A DNA stretch of 60,220 bases from a virus: the IMG/VR virus record IMGVR_UViG_3300045988_066950; one strand, 5' to 3'. The notes under the pieces are model-generated. The model worked only from the letters and a program-made list of their open reading frames with translations, was not told the DNA's origin and made no database searches. This document shows, in pieces, positions 10,729-19,959 of this stretch. Every line of letters begins with the position of its first letter. Position 1 is the stretch's first letter. A program made the position numbers and the translations under genes.

Positions 10729-11167
10729 TTTTTGCCTCCCTTACAATGTCATCAATGTGATCGGCTTTCATTCGTTCTGCCCAAAAAGGCCCGGCTAGAG
10801 CGTTTTTATCAGTTTTGTACTGAATTGCTCTGCCAGTGGGAGTTTTTCTCTCGCCTGGACGAGAGAAAAATCGTGTAGGCGTTCCACTGTTGTCATCAAA
10901 AACGGGAATATTCGGGCCATAAACTTCGCCCCTGTACATATAATGCGCATAGGGGCCGGGGTACACGATGATGCCAGAGCCAATGTCAGATGCGGCGTAA
11001 GGGCTTTTTGCAAGCATAAATGTGTCCGCAGGAGTGTAATCCATGCACCATCGTATTACCGCGTTATCAATGACTTTTTGGACAATTCCGTGATCTCCAA
11101 AGCCATGGTTGCTAAGAACAGTGTTTATGCTATCGAAATCAAACCGCGAATCTACTGACAGTTGCAT
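10709..11167 (-). CDS. head-tail joining protein (HK97 gp10-like position)
   Basis: Internal start MQLSVD shares position 11167 with the upstream stop (1-nt TGATG-type overlap). Call is by synteny. Confidence 0.45.
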   Translation of the reverse strand: MQLSVDSRFDFDSINTVLSNHGFGDHGIVQKVIDNAVIRWCMDYTPADTFMLAKSPYAASDIGSGIIVYPGPYAHYMYRGEVYGPNIPVFDDNSGTPTRFFSRPGERKTPTGRAIQYKTDKNALAGPFWAERMKADHIDDIVREAKNAAGIK

Positions 11168-11577
11168 TAAGCACCTACGACTTTCCAATGCCGCGCCTGC
11201 GGAGCACGACGATTGTCTGTAACCTGCAAGATGGTTGCGGCCTCGAAGTAGACATCATGAATGGTTGAGGGACGCAAGCCCTCAGCACCAACGCCCAGAA
11301 CTACGAGATCGCCAGCAGCCAACGTGAAAGTGGCGGCAGGGTCATCGGTGGTGGCGTACTGCTTAGGGGGCAGATACACCTTGCCGCCGAAATCCGCATC
11401 CGTAGGGATACGGATTGTGACCTTGTTTGCCGCTTTCAACCCGGTGCTGTCAACGGTGGTCGCATCGGAGTTAAACCAGTGAACGCCCCGGATGACGGTG
11501 CGCCCATAAACGTCGCAATCCTCCTCTGGGTCGAATCGCCGGTTGTACAGGGTGATGGTGTCATTGCAAAGTTGCAT
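11167..11577 (-). CDS. head closure / head-tail adaptor protein
   Basis: 136 aa. Call is by synteny. Confidence 0.4.
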   Translation of the reverse strand: MQLCNDTITLYNRRFDPEEDCDVYGRTVIRGVHWFNSDATTVDSTGLKAANKVTIRIPTDADFGGKVYLPPKQYATTDDPAATFTLAAGDLVVLGVGAEGLRPSTIHDVYFEAATILQVTDNRRAPQARHWKVVGA

Positions 11578-11578
11578 T

Positions 11579-11965
11579 TTACCTCACTCCTCTATACAGC
11601 AGGGGAACGCCGTAATCGTCCAACTCACCATACAGCATATCCGCCGCAATGGCGTTCATCTGCTTGGCTGCGGCATCGGCATCCGGCACATTCCCGTGAT
11701 TCTCCGTGTAGCCATCCGTGTTAAACGATGTGACTGTGGGTGATGTGACCTGTGCCACGGCACCGACAACGCTTTCCATTTGCGCCAGTACAAAAACGCA
11801 GAGTTTGACCGCTCCGGGAATCTCGGCCATGTTCTGGACACGAGAATCCGTCAAGCGATCAATGCGTTTTCTGCAAGCATATTCCAGCGGAGGCCACGCA
11901 GCGGCATCAACGGTGCCGCCAAAATCCTTGTACTCGTCAAAGGTGAGGTACATATCGTGTGCCAT
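11579..11965 (-). CDS. head-tail connector protein
   Basis: Start MAHDMYLTF preceded by AGGAGG. Sits directly after the capsid gene. Confidence 0.5.
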   Translation of the reverse strand: MAHDMYLTFDEYKDFGGTVDAAAWPPLEYACRKRIDRLTDSRVQNMAEIPGAVKLCVFVLAQMESVVGAVAQVTSPTVTSFNTDGYTENHGNVPDADAAAKQMNAIAADMLYGELDDYGVPLLYRGVR

Positions 11966-11991
11966 GTGTAAACCTCCTAAGCGACCTGAGA

Positions 11992-13383
11992 TCAGGCCAG
12001 AGAGAGGATGCGGGCGATGGGGATGGCCTTGCGGGCGATGTACTGCTTGCCCTCGGCCTCGTTGGAGTTCACCAGTTCCCAGTTTTCGCCGTCCTCCAGC
12101 TCGTCGTCGGTGGGAGACAGGCTCTTCATCTTGGCCTTGGTGAAGTTGATGCCGTAGGGGGCAAAGCACTTGCGCTGACGGCCATAAAGGGTGTCCTCGC
12201 CGCCGTTGGTGTGAGGATCACGATCCATCTCGTAAGGCACCTTAGCGCCGCAGTCAGTGTACTCGATAGCACCGTCGCCCAGAACGTAGGTAGTGTAACG
12301 GGTCTGAGACACCTTAGCCACGCCTGCGGTGGTCTGAGCGGCAGCGGCCTTGACAGTGCCATTGACGGTCACGACAGGCAGCTTGCCCTCGCCGCCGAAA
12401 ATCTGCTTGAGGGTAACGACAGCGCCGGAAACGGTGACGATGAACTTGCCCTCATACTGGGCAGACAGCACGGTTTTCAGAGCCTGAGCCTCAGCAGCGG
12501 CATCGCCGGTCTTGAGGGTCTTGTTGGCGGTGGAGGTGGATGTGGCAAAGGTATAGGTCTGGCCGTCCACGGTGATGGTGTCGCTGTTCACGCCAGCAGT
12601 GCTGACAGTGATGGTGTAAACGCCCTGCACCTCCATGGTGGTGACAGTTTCCACGGCGGGCATGGTGTCGTCAACCAGAACAGCGCGGCCATTCAGGGTG
12701 CCGATCTGCAGCTCACGCTCGATACCGTCCTTGTCGGTGTACTTCATGTACGCCAGCAGCTTGAGATTTTCGAGACCAGTTGCAACGGCAGAGTGCATGA
12801 TAGCGAGGCTGAAAGCGCCCTTGTTATCACCGCAGGCACGCTGCATAGCGGTGTTCAGGGATGTGCCATCCATCAGGCCCAGAGCGCCCTCGGAGTTGGT
12901 CTTGCCGGTGACATCGTAGGTGTGCTCACGGACGAACTTCACGCCCTCAGCATCTTTCATAGCGAAGATGCCGGTCAGAATCTTGATGATGGTGGCCTGA
13001 TCGACTTCCTCCCAGTATTCACCGATCTGAGATGCGACGTCAGCGAGAGTATCCTCGCCGCCGGTGATGTCGTAGGAGAAGTCGCGCTCAGTCCATGCCT
13101 GCGCGCGGCCCACGACAACGCGGGAGTGGGAGAAAGTCTTGGTGGGGTTGCTGGTGATGTTGGTAGAACCGTCATAGTTCTGGGGAACCGCGCCGCTGAT
13201 GATGCCGCGCAGGGGAATGGTGACGTAGTTGCCACCGACCTGATCGCTCATGGAGTCGGCGATGTCCTGACGCTTTTTGATGGCGCGGGACTTAATCAGC
13301 TCGTTGCGGTTCAGGTTGGGAACGCGGTCAACATACTGCTTGAACACGTTACCATTGAAGTTTTTGGAATCAAAGATTGCCAT
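11992..13383 (-). CDS. major capsid protein
   Basis: 463 aa with a strong RBS, located after the scaffold gene. Carries an extra internal beta-rich insertion. Confidence 0.8.
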   Translation of the reverse strand: MAIFDSKNFNGNVFKQYVDRVPNLNRNELIKSRAIKKRQDIADSMSDQVGGNYVTIPLRGIISGAVPQNYDGSTNITSNPTKTFSHSRVVVGRAQAWTERDFSYDITGGEDTLADVASQIGEYWEEVDQATIIKILTGIFAMKDAEGVKFVREHTYDVTGKTNSEGALGLMDGTSLNTAMQRACGDNKGAFSLAIMHSAVATGLENLKLLAYMKYTDKDGIERELQIGTLNGRAVLVDDTMPAVETVTTMEVQGVYTITVSTAGVNSDTITVDGQTYTFATSTSTANKTLKTGDAAAEAQALKTVLSAQYEGKFIVTVSGAVVTLKQIFGGEGKLPVVTVNGTVKAAAAQTTAGVAKVSQTRYTTYVLGDGAIEYTDCGAKVPYEMDRDPHTNGGEDTLYGRQRKCFAPYGINFTKAKMKSLSPTDDELEDGENWELVNSNEAEGKQYIARKAIPIARILSLA

Positions 13384-13433
13384 GTGGTTTTGCCTCCTAT
13401 TGATTTTTTAGGGGTTCGGTTGGTGTAGCTCGA

Positions 13434-14096
13434 TCAGTCGAAATCGGGCACGAAGTTGGGATCGGCATTTGCTGCCGCCATCTGCTCGGACAAACTCAGT
13501 TTGTGCGTACCGCCGTCGGGCTTTGCGGGAATCGTGATAGACGGGCCCTTCTTGCCCGGAGCGGGTTCATCAACGACAAAACTGCCGGGGTCGTCGGTTT
13601 TGTACTGGGTCAGAAACTCGTCGTAGCCCTGCATCTTGCCGTTCTCGTCCTGCTTAAACTGCTTGGCGATGGCATCCGCGATAAACTGCTTTTTCGCGGC
13701 ATTGGAGCTGAACTTGACCTCGCCCGCCTTTTCGCGGATGGCAAATTCATACGCCTGTGCGGCGATTTTCCGCTCCCACTCCTTGCCGTCATTCTCGCGC
13801 TGCTGACGCAGTGCCGCGAGATCGGACTGAACGGATGCCAGCTTGTCAGCATCGGTCTGTGCGGCGGTCAACTTGGTCTGCAATTCGGCCATGTCGGTGT
13901 CACGCTGCTTGACCTGCCCCTGCAAGTCGGAAATCTGGCCCTGCAAGCCCTTGACCTTGGAATCCATCTTATCGCGGCTGACGTAGGAACCGTCCGCGAT
14001 GTTGGCGAGTTTCAGGCCCGCCGCGCTGATTTTTTCGGTCAACTGGTCGTAGGTCAGCGCCTCGCCCTCAGAAAACAGATTTTTGAGCAATTCCAT
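13434..14096 (-). CDS. scaffolding protein
   Basis: Start MELLKNLF. Coiled-coil, charged sequence located upstream of the capsid gene. Confidence 0.7.
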   Translation of the reverse strand: MELLKNLFSEGEALTYDQLTEKISAAGLKLANIADGSYVSRDKMDSKVKGLQGQISDLQGQVKQRDTDMAELQTKLTAAQTDADKLASVQSDLAALRQQRENDGKEWERKIAAQAYEFAIREKAGEVKFSSNAAKKQFIADAIAKQFKQDENGKMQGYDEFLTQYKTDDPGSFVVDEPAPGKKGPSITIPAKPDGGTHKLSLSEQMAAANADPNFVPDFD

Positions 14097-14239
14097 AAGA
14101 TTGTCCTTTCGCCGCGATTGATTTAGCTTATAATCGCGCGGCCACTCCGCGCACGTCGCGCCATCGCATTTATTTCCCTGCAATGCCGGGTATTTATTTA
14201 TCAGCCAAAACGGCGTGATAACACAGAAAAAGCGCCGTT

Positions 14240-15400
14240 TCAGGCGCTTACCTTTATGGCACTAAAGCCATCCACTGCCATGCGGTCACGGCGCTGTGAC
14301 AGCCCGGATTGCTTGGCAATGAGATTATATCGGGCGCTTAGGGTGTTGATGTGCTGCTGTGCCTCACGGCGCAGGTCATCGTCGCCAGCGGCCCGCGCGG
14401 CAATGGCAACGTCTTTCCAGCGGCGGGTATCGGTTTCAATTTTTCGCATCATCTGCGAACACTGATAGAGGGTCAGGCCCTCTTTGTTGCCGATAGTCAC
14501 GCCTGCATGGTTTGACGTTATCCATGCCGCCAGTTGATGGTCGGAGTATTTGCGCACCGAATATTCGGTGCTGAACGGTGCGGCAAAGTGCCCGCAGTTC
14601 CACTCGCCGATAGGGCGCTTGAATCCTGTAAAGTGATGACCGTCCACGTCCACGCAGGCCATGCCCGCCTGCATTTTGGCGTATTCGGCCAGCAGGAAAA
14701 CATGACCCTGCACCGGCTCATGGTCGGGGGCGCTGTTGAGATGCGCGGACAGCTCCACCGCATCATAGCCCAGCGCCTTGCCGATTTCGTCGGCGCTGTG
14801 CTGGGCAATTTGGCAAGCCCCGTCAATGATGTTCTGACGGGCGGCGGTATCAAGGCGGCGGTGATAGCCGCTTGCGTACTGCACCTGCATCCCCGCCCAG
14901 CCTATATCTTTGATGGTCTGCCGCATAGCCGATTTGTAGTCGGTCATGCCGGTGGACACGCTCAAAATGGCCTTATCTATGGCCTGTTGATAGGGCACGG
15001 ATATGGCCGTAGTGTTGGACAGGTTTTGCAGCGCCCCGGAGGTCTGCGCGGCGATGTTGCGCGTATACTGTATGAGCCTCTGATTCTCCTCACGGGGCAG
15101 CGGATGCGCCGCCAGCACGGCCTTAAAGCGCGGGTCAGTGAAGTTGTCCTGCAAGGCGGTGTTGTACACAACGGCCATCTGCTGCTGTGTCAGCCGGGTT
15201 GCGGCTTGGAGCTTGCCGGAAATATCGGCGATGTCTGCACCCATTTCCAGCATGATCGCATAGCGGTGTATACTGGTGGGGTTCATCTCGCCTATTTTCT
15301 TTATCTGCGCCGCTATTTTCTGGATGAAATACAGATTGACTTCATCCAGATTCGCAATCATTTTGCGAACGGCGGCATCAAGCTCTTTTTGGGTCAGCAC
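14240..15400 (-). CDS. minor head / head morphogenesis protein (SPP1 gp7-like)
   Basis: 386 aa directly after the portal gene, with gp7/Mu F-like sequence style. Confidence 0.7.
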   Translation of the reverse strand: MLTQKELDAAVRKMIANLDEVNLYFIQKIAAQIKKIGEMNPTSIHRYAIMLEMGADIADISGKLQAATRLTQQQMAVVYNTALQDNFTDPRFKAVLAAHPLPREENQRLIQYTRNIAAQTSGALQNLSNTTAISVPYQQAIDKAILSVSTGMTDYKSAMRQTIKDIGWAGMQVQYASGYHRRLDTAARQNIIDGACQIAQHSADEIGKALGYDAVELSAHLNSAPDHEPVQGHVFLLAEYAKMQAGMACVDVDGHHFTGFKRPIGEWNCGHFAAPFSTEYSVRKYSDHQLAAWITSNHAGVTIGNKEGLTLYQCSQMMRKIETDTRRWKDVAIAARAAGDDDLRREAQQHINTLSARYNLIAKQSGLSQRRDRMAVDGFSAIKVSA

Positions 15401-15406
15401 GGGTCA

Positions 15407-16984
15407 TCACTCCTCGCCGGGGCCACTCCCGAACGGTGTAGCCGGGTTGCCCCCGCCCTGATCGGCATTGTCGTTGTCGCCCTCGTCCGTGGGAACGGTG
15501 ACATCGCTCTGGTCAGGGTTGGGCTGCTGGATAGCCATAGCGGCCTGCATTTCGCTGACTTTTTCCTGCTGGACTTCCTGCAAGGCCTTTTCGGCCTGTG
15601 CGCGGGTTTCGCCAAAGAACCACATACGCATCTCAATTTTGCTCATCATGCCGTTATTGAGCATGAGGAGCCGCTGCTGCAACTGGGTTTCGGTATCGGC
15701 GATAACGGAATCATCCCAATCGAACGACACCTCATATTCGCCAGCCGGGGCGAGATTGTACAGGTCGGCGTACTTATCCATCGCCCGCACGACCTCGCGC
15801 AGCGCACGCTCAAGGGCCTGCTGGTTGTCGGCGATAGTGGTATAGGTGCGATTGCGAAGGATAGTCAACTCAGTGGCCGTGCGGGCCTCTGTGTTGGCAT
15901 CGGAGAGGGTGCCACGGGCGAGGCCGGACTGATCTTCAATCTTCATCAAGATTTGGTTCAGACCGGCCACAAGGGAGCTATCGCGCAGGGTCGGGGCGAA
16001 AACATGATACGTTTCATCAGTGCCCAGATCGACCGCGCGGAACAGGCGCTCGTTCAGCTTGGGAGTTTCCATAGCCTTTGCGCCGTTACGCATAACGCCG
16101 TCAATGGGCCGCAAGGCCATCGGGTCAACGTCGATAGCCATTTCGCCGCCCTCAAACTCCCACAGCAGGCGGCTGTACTGTGTGTCAGCCTCCTTGATGG
16201 TGTCCATGCTCTTAGCGAACACAGCCACGCCCATAGGGGAAAGCGGGTCAACGGTGTTCGCCGATGCCACGCGGAACCAGCCAAAAAGCTGCCCATCCAC
16301 GTTGTTGACGTAGACCACGGGCTTGAGGTCTTTCCACTGCGGTACTTCCGTCAGGGGGATTTCCTTGCCGAGAGCATCGCGGGAACTGGACTTAAAGGCC
16401 CGCTGAGTGATTTTGATTCTATCGCCCTCGACGGTGTGCCGCTCAAGGCGGGAATAGTAGATCTTGCCCTCCGAGAACATATCACGGAAAACGACATCGG
16501 ACAGGTCGCTGTCATCGCCGAAAGCAATGGGGTACAAATCCCAATCGGGGGTATAGTCGAAATAGATATGCCCATCACGGACATACGGCTTTATCGTCAT
16601 ACCGCCCGCCGCGCATCCGATCTCAGTCTTGCTCCGCAGCTGTGTAGCCAGCTTCTCAAACTCCTTGCTCAGAAACTCCGAGCGCGGGTTGGTGATGTCC
16701 TCGCCGGTGCTGTCATCCTTGCCCGCCGTGATGCTCCACTTAAATTCAAGCGTGACCTGCCGGGAAATCTCGGACGCGATGAACGCCGGAATGTTGAGGG
16801 TTTTGACCTGCTTGCCCTTGTAATTGGGCTTGTCCAGATAGGCCCGGTGCCATGCTTCGAGGGCAATCTGCATCTCCTGCGACAGCGGGGTGTCGATGTT
16901 CTCCACCTGCTGAATATTCTGATACGGAATCACTCTGCCTAACACCTGCCTTATCATGGTATAGATACTTGAAAAAATAGACAT
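15407..16984 (-). CDS. portal protein (SPP1 gp6-like)
   Basis: About 525 aa from MSIFSSIY, located after terL, with an acidic C-terminus. Confidence 0.85.
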   Translation of the reverse strand: MSIFSSIYTMIRQVLGRVIPYQNIQQVENIDTPLSQEMQIALEAWHRAYLDKPNYKGKQVKTLNIPAFIASEISRQVTLEFKWSITAGKDDSTGEDITNPRSEFLSKEFEKLATQLRSKTEIGCAAGGMTIKPYVRDGHIYFDYTPDWDLYPIAFGDDSDLSDVVFRDMFSEGKIYYSRLERHTVEGDRIKITQRAFKSSSRDALGKEIPLTEVPQWKDLKPVVYVNNVDGQLFGWFRVASANTVDPLSPMGVAVFAKSMDTIKEADTQYSRLLWEFEGGEMAIDVDPMALRPIDGVMRNGAKAMETPKLNERLFRAVDLGTDETYHVFAPTLRDSSLVAGLNQILMKIEDQSGLARGTLSDANTEARTATELTILRNRTYTTIADNQQALERALREVVRAMDKYADLYNLAPAGEYEVSFDWDDSVIADTETQLQQRLLMLNNGMMSKIEMRMWFFGETRAQAEKALQEVQQEKVSEMQAAMAIQQPNPDQSDVTVPTDEGDNDNADQGGGNPATPFGSGPGEE

Positions 16985-16994
16985 GGGCTGTACC

Positions 16995-18242
16995 TCACAG
17001 GCCGCGCCGTTTCCAGATTGGATTGAGCGCGTACCGCACACTGTCAATGCTGTGGTTATCCTTATCGGGGTATTGCCCGGTCAGTTCGTCGTCTTTGGTG
17101 CGCTCGTATTCGTATTCGGCAAACTCTCGCGCCGTTTCCGGGCATCGGTTGGGGTCAACGACGATTTTTACCAGCGATTGCAGCCATTTCATGCTGTACC
17201 GCACAGAATCCGGCCCCTTTTCAGTTGGGCGGATGGATGCGCCGTAGGCTTTCAAGTCCGCAATGGATTTCGGCTCTGCACTATCTGCAATAATGAGGTC
17301 TTGCGATGTTACGTTCTTTTCTTTCTGCAAGCGCTGCCAGAAAACCTCATTCGGAGTTTTATTGCAGCGCAGTTCATCGAAAATATAGAGCGTCATCTTT
17401 GAGGGACGGTAGCACATCTTGCTCCAATGGTTGGGGTCGGGATACCAGCCCCAGTCGATGCCCTCGTAGATGTAATCAAACGACGCAATTTCGGCGTCGG
17501 TGATTTCTCGCAATTCAAGGTTGCTAAACACCTCGCCGCCCGTGCCCGTGGGGATGCCCAGATACTCATGTTCATAAGCGCGGGGGTTGGTTTGCCGCAA
17601 CAGCTCCGCATCATCAAAGAACATCTGACCGAGCCATTCAGGCGGCACGGTCAGATAAGTGCTGGAATGTACCAGCCTATCAGGGCGCTGCACAAGCGCC
17701 TCCTGATTCATAAAGTTGTTCAGGGTGATGGGCGGGTTGAACGACATGAAATTCCAAAATTTAGAGCCGCCACGGTTGGTTGACTGCAACACGTTTCGGA
17801 TTTCTTTCATCCCATCGAACGTGTCCGCTTCTTCAAACCATGTGATGGCGCAGTACCCTTTGGGGAATTTCAACGATTTCAGCTTCATCGGGTCATCAAG
17901 ACCGCGAAAGAGAATCGTCTGCCCGGTGCTTTTCCGGGTAATGCTCATGGGGGAAACATGACAGATAAATTCGCTGTCAAGGCCCAGTTTGTCAAGGGCA
18001 AAGACCATCTGGCTGTAAACAGAATCGCGCAGGGTGTTGGCGGTCTTACGGAATATGACCGCGTTGCAAGCCTCGTTTCCCGGCTGAACCATAATCAGCG
18101 GGATAGCAAAGCCGATAAAGGATGATTTCAGCGAACCGCGCCCGCCCTTGAGGAGATATTGCGAGTGCCGATGATCGAGAACATCATCCAGCAGTTCGTC
18201 ATAGTTGGGCGCGATGACATCTTCGATGTAAACATCAGGCAT
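16995..18242 (-). CDS. terL: terminase large subunit (PBSX/SPP1-type)
   Basis: Walker A-like GGRGSLKS near the N-terminus. The start overlaps the terS stop. Confidence 0.9.
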   Translation of the reverse strand: MPDVYIEDVIAPNYDELLDDVLDHRHSQYLLKGGRGSLKSSFIGFAIPLIMVQPGNEACNAVIFRKTANTLRDSVYSQMVFALDKLGLDSEFICHVSPMSITRKSTGQTILFRGLDDPMKLKSLKFPKGYCAITWFEEADTFDGMKEIRNVLQSTNRGGSKFWNFMSFNPPITLNNFMNQEALVQRPDRLVHSSTYLTVPPEWLGQMFFDDAELLRQTNPRAYEHEYLGIPTGTGGEVFSNLELREITDAEIASFDYIYEGIDWGWYPDPNHWSKMCYRPSKMTLYIFDELRCNKTPNEVFWQRLQKEKNVTSQDLIIADSAEPKSIADLKAYGASIRPTEKGPDSVRYSMKWLQSLVKIVVDPNRCPETAREFAEYEYERTKDDELTGQYPDKDNHSIDSVRYALNPIWKRRGL

Positions 18243-18918
18243 CGAACACCACCTCCCCATCGGCAGGGGTCGTGACGGGTGTAGCCGCGTTTGCCTGATC
18301 GGCGTCAGCTTGCTCCACTGCCGGGACATCGCCCTCAGCCACGGGGGCGGGCTTCTCGCCGCGTATCAGGTGGATGCGCACCGCATTAGGGTCATCGGCA
18401 GACGTGGGTTTGCCGGGGCCGCCTGCGCCCTCCGGGAGCGGCTCAGGCGAGGTAAACTCGTCAACACCAAACTGGCCGGGGGTGCCCGGTTCCTGCCCCA
18501 GAACGCGCAGGATGGCGAACAGGGAGTCAATGTTGCCGTTGATGGCTGACTGGATAAGGGGAATGAGCATCTGCACCATGAGGGTCGTGTTCTCTGAGAA
18601 TACGTCATCATAGCTTGTCAACTCGGCGCTGGCCTTGTAGTGGGCCTTGCCGCCCTTTTTCTTGTGCTGAGGTTTTGTCAGCAGGTTCAGCAGGGCATCC
18701 TTTACCAGCTTCTCCTCCCGGCGCTTTTTGGCCGCTGCCTTACCGCCTTTGGAGCGGATAGCGAACGCCTCCTCCGGGGGGAGCTGATTCAGTGGCGGTT
18801 TCATCCCGGACGTATTGCGAGGCTTTTTCTGCTTTTTCTCGCCGGTGTCGGCGGGCTTCGCGTCTTGCGGCGCGGGGCTTGCGCTGATCTCCGGCATAGC
18901 CTCGGTATTTTCGGGCAT
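18235..18918 (-). CDS. terS: terminase small subunit (by position)
   Basis: 227-aa basic protein immediately upstream of and overlapping terL. Confidence 0.5.
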   Translation of the reverse strand: MPENTEAMPEISASPAPQDAKPADTGEKKQKKPRNTSGMKPPLNQLPPEEAFAIRSKGGKAAAKKRREEKLVKDALLNLLTKPQHKKKGGKAHYKASAELTSYDDVFSENTTLMVQMLIPLIQSAINGNIDSLFAILRVLGQEPGTPGQFGVDEFTSPEPLPEGAGGPGKPTSADDPNAVRIHLIRGEKPAPVAEGDVPAVEQADADQANAATPVTTPADGEVVFDA

Positions 18919-18937
18919 CTGCTGCCACCTCCTATCG

Positions 18938-18981
18938 GTAAAAATAAAAAAAGCACCCGGCGCATTTCAGCGCTGAGTGCT
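18938..18981 (-). terminator. intrinsic terminator between the small acidic ORF and terS
   Basis: On the minus strand: AGCAC-TCAGCGC...GCGCCGG-GTGCT stem followed by TTTTTTTATTTTT. Confidence 0.6.
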
Positions 18982-19010
18982 AAGGGGTATTCAGTTACTT
19001 TGCGATGAAA

Positions 19011-19172
19011 TTATTCGTCGTCTGCGTCATCTTCGGTATTTGCCTCGGCATCCTCGGCATCGAGAATGGCGAGTGCCTCAGTATCGCCCCACTCCGTCAG
19101 GATGCGGCGCTCCATGCTGCGCAGGTCATCAAAAAAGCTGCCATCAGTTTCAATAGTTCTCTGCTTTGCCAT
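19011..19172 (-). CDS. small acidic protein (53 aa; below the ORF-track cutoff)
   Basis: ATG preceded by GAGGAG. Translation is MAKQRTIETDGSFFDDLRSMERRILTEWGDTEALAILDAEDAEANTEDDADDE. Confidence 0.55.
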   Translation of the reverse strand: MAKQRTIETDGSFFDDLRSMERRILTEWGDTEALAILDAEDAEANTEDDADDE

Positions 19173-19199
19173 GTCGAATCTCCTCTCAATTCATCGAAA

Positions 19200-19865
19200 T
19201 TAGCGGTTGTAGGTGTAATCCTTTTTGCGGGTGATAAACTCATAGCCAAACTTAGGGGCCGTGCGCCGCCAGTAGTCGTTGAGATAACCAACGGCCATCT
19301 GGCGGGCCATGTGTATGGCGGATTGCTTGCTCTTGCCATCTTTGAGCGCGTCATCATACGCTTTTGTGTAACGATCAGACAAATAGCGCTCGATCTGCTT
19401 ATAGTCCCGGTTGATCTGGTTATAAAAGGCTTTCGGTTTTGCACCCTGCCCCTTACGCATGATGTAGTTCATCTCGCCTTGGCCGCTGGCCGTGGCGCGA
19501 TGCTCTGCCCATTTGGACTCAAGCATATTTTTGACATCAGCAAAAGAGAACGTGCCTCCGAAATCTGCTGCGCCTTTAGGATGGCCGTGCGTGACGGTTG
19601 CGCCCTTATAGTCCAAAACGGACATCGGGAACGAAACAGAATGAGAATTGCCCTTGTACGCCTCGACCAGCTTGCCGTCTTTGTCAAAAACGAAAAGCTC
19701 CTCATGTTTCAGATTGCGGATGCGACGTTCTGCATCCTCAAGGCTCATGTTGCCGAATTTGGAAATATCAAGCGGATGCGGCGAACCGCCGCCCTTGCCC
19801 TCTTTACTCAGCCAGTCGATAAAACCGTTGACGTTGCCTTTACCGCCTCTGCCGCCCATGTTCAA
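19200..19865 (-). CDS. hypothetical protein with a JAB/MPN-like E...HxH...SxxD pattern
   Basis: Contains THGHPKGAADFGGTFSFAD preceded by EELFVF. It is the first gene after a consensus promoter and has a GGAGG RBS. Confidence 0.3.
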   Translation of the reverse strand: MNMGGRGGKGNVNGFIDWLSKEGKGGGSPHPLDISKFGNMSLEDAERRIRNLKHEELFVFDKDGKLVEAYKGNSHSVSFPMSVLDYKGATVTHGHPKGAADFGGTFSFADVKNMLESKWAEHRATASGQGEMNYIMRKGQGAKPKAFYNQINRDYKQIERYLSDRYTKAYDDALKDGKSKQSAIHMARQMAVGYLNDYWRRTAPKFGYEFITRKKDYTYNR

Positions 19866-19870
19866 CCTCC

Positions 19871-19899
19871 ATTATAGCGCTATGCGTCGATTTTGTAAA
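19871..19899 (-). promoter_or_regulatory. sigma70-type promoter TTTACA-N17-TATAAT
   Basis: Read on the minus strand, immediately upstream of the 19865 start. Confidence 0.6.
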
Positions 19900-19938
19900 T
19901 AAAAAAGCGCCGCAATGTCGGTTTTGACATTTCAGCGC
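19897..19938 (-). terminator. intrinsic terminator after the DUF4417 gene
   Basis: GCGCTGAAATGTC...GACATTGCGGCGC stem followed by TTTTTTATTT on the minus strand. Confidence 0.55.
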
Positions 19939-19959
19939 TTAGCGTATTAAATTTGCGAA

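Noticed and set aside
11959-16942. Very long plus-strand ORFs antisense to the capsid, portal and gp7 genes (11959..13428, 14534..16942). Similar ones occur at 24894..26213, 32065..33393, 39263..40657, 41062..42492 and 57628..58695.
   Set aside because: Each is the mirror of a minus-strand gene with recognisable protein motifs. None has a domain, an RBS or operon logic. High GC suppresses stop codons on the antisense strand.
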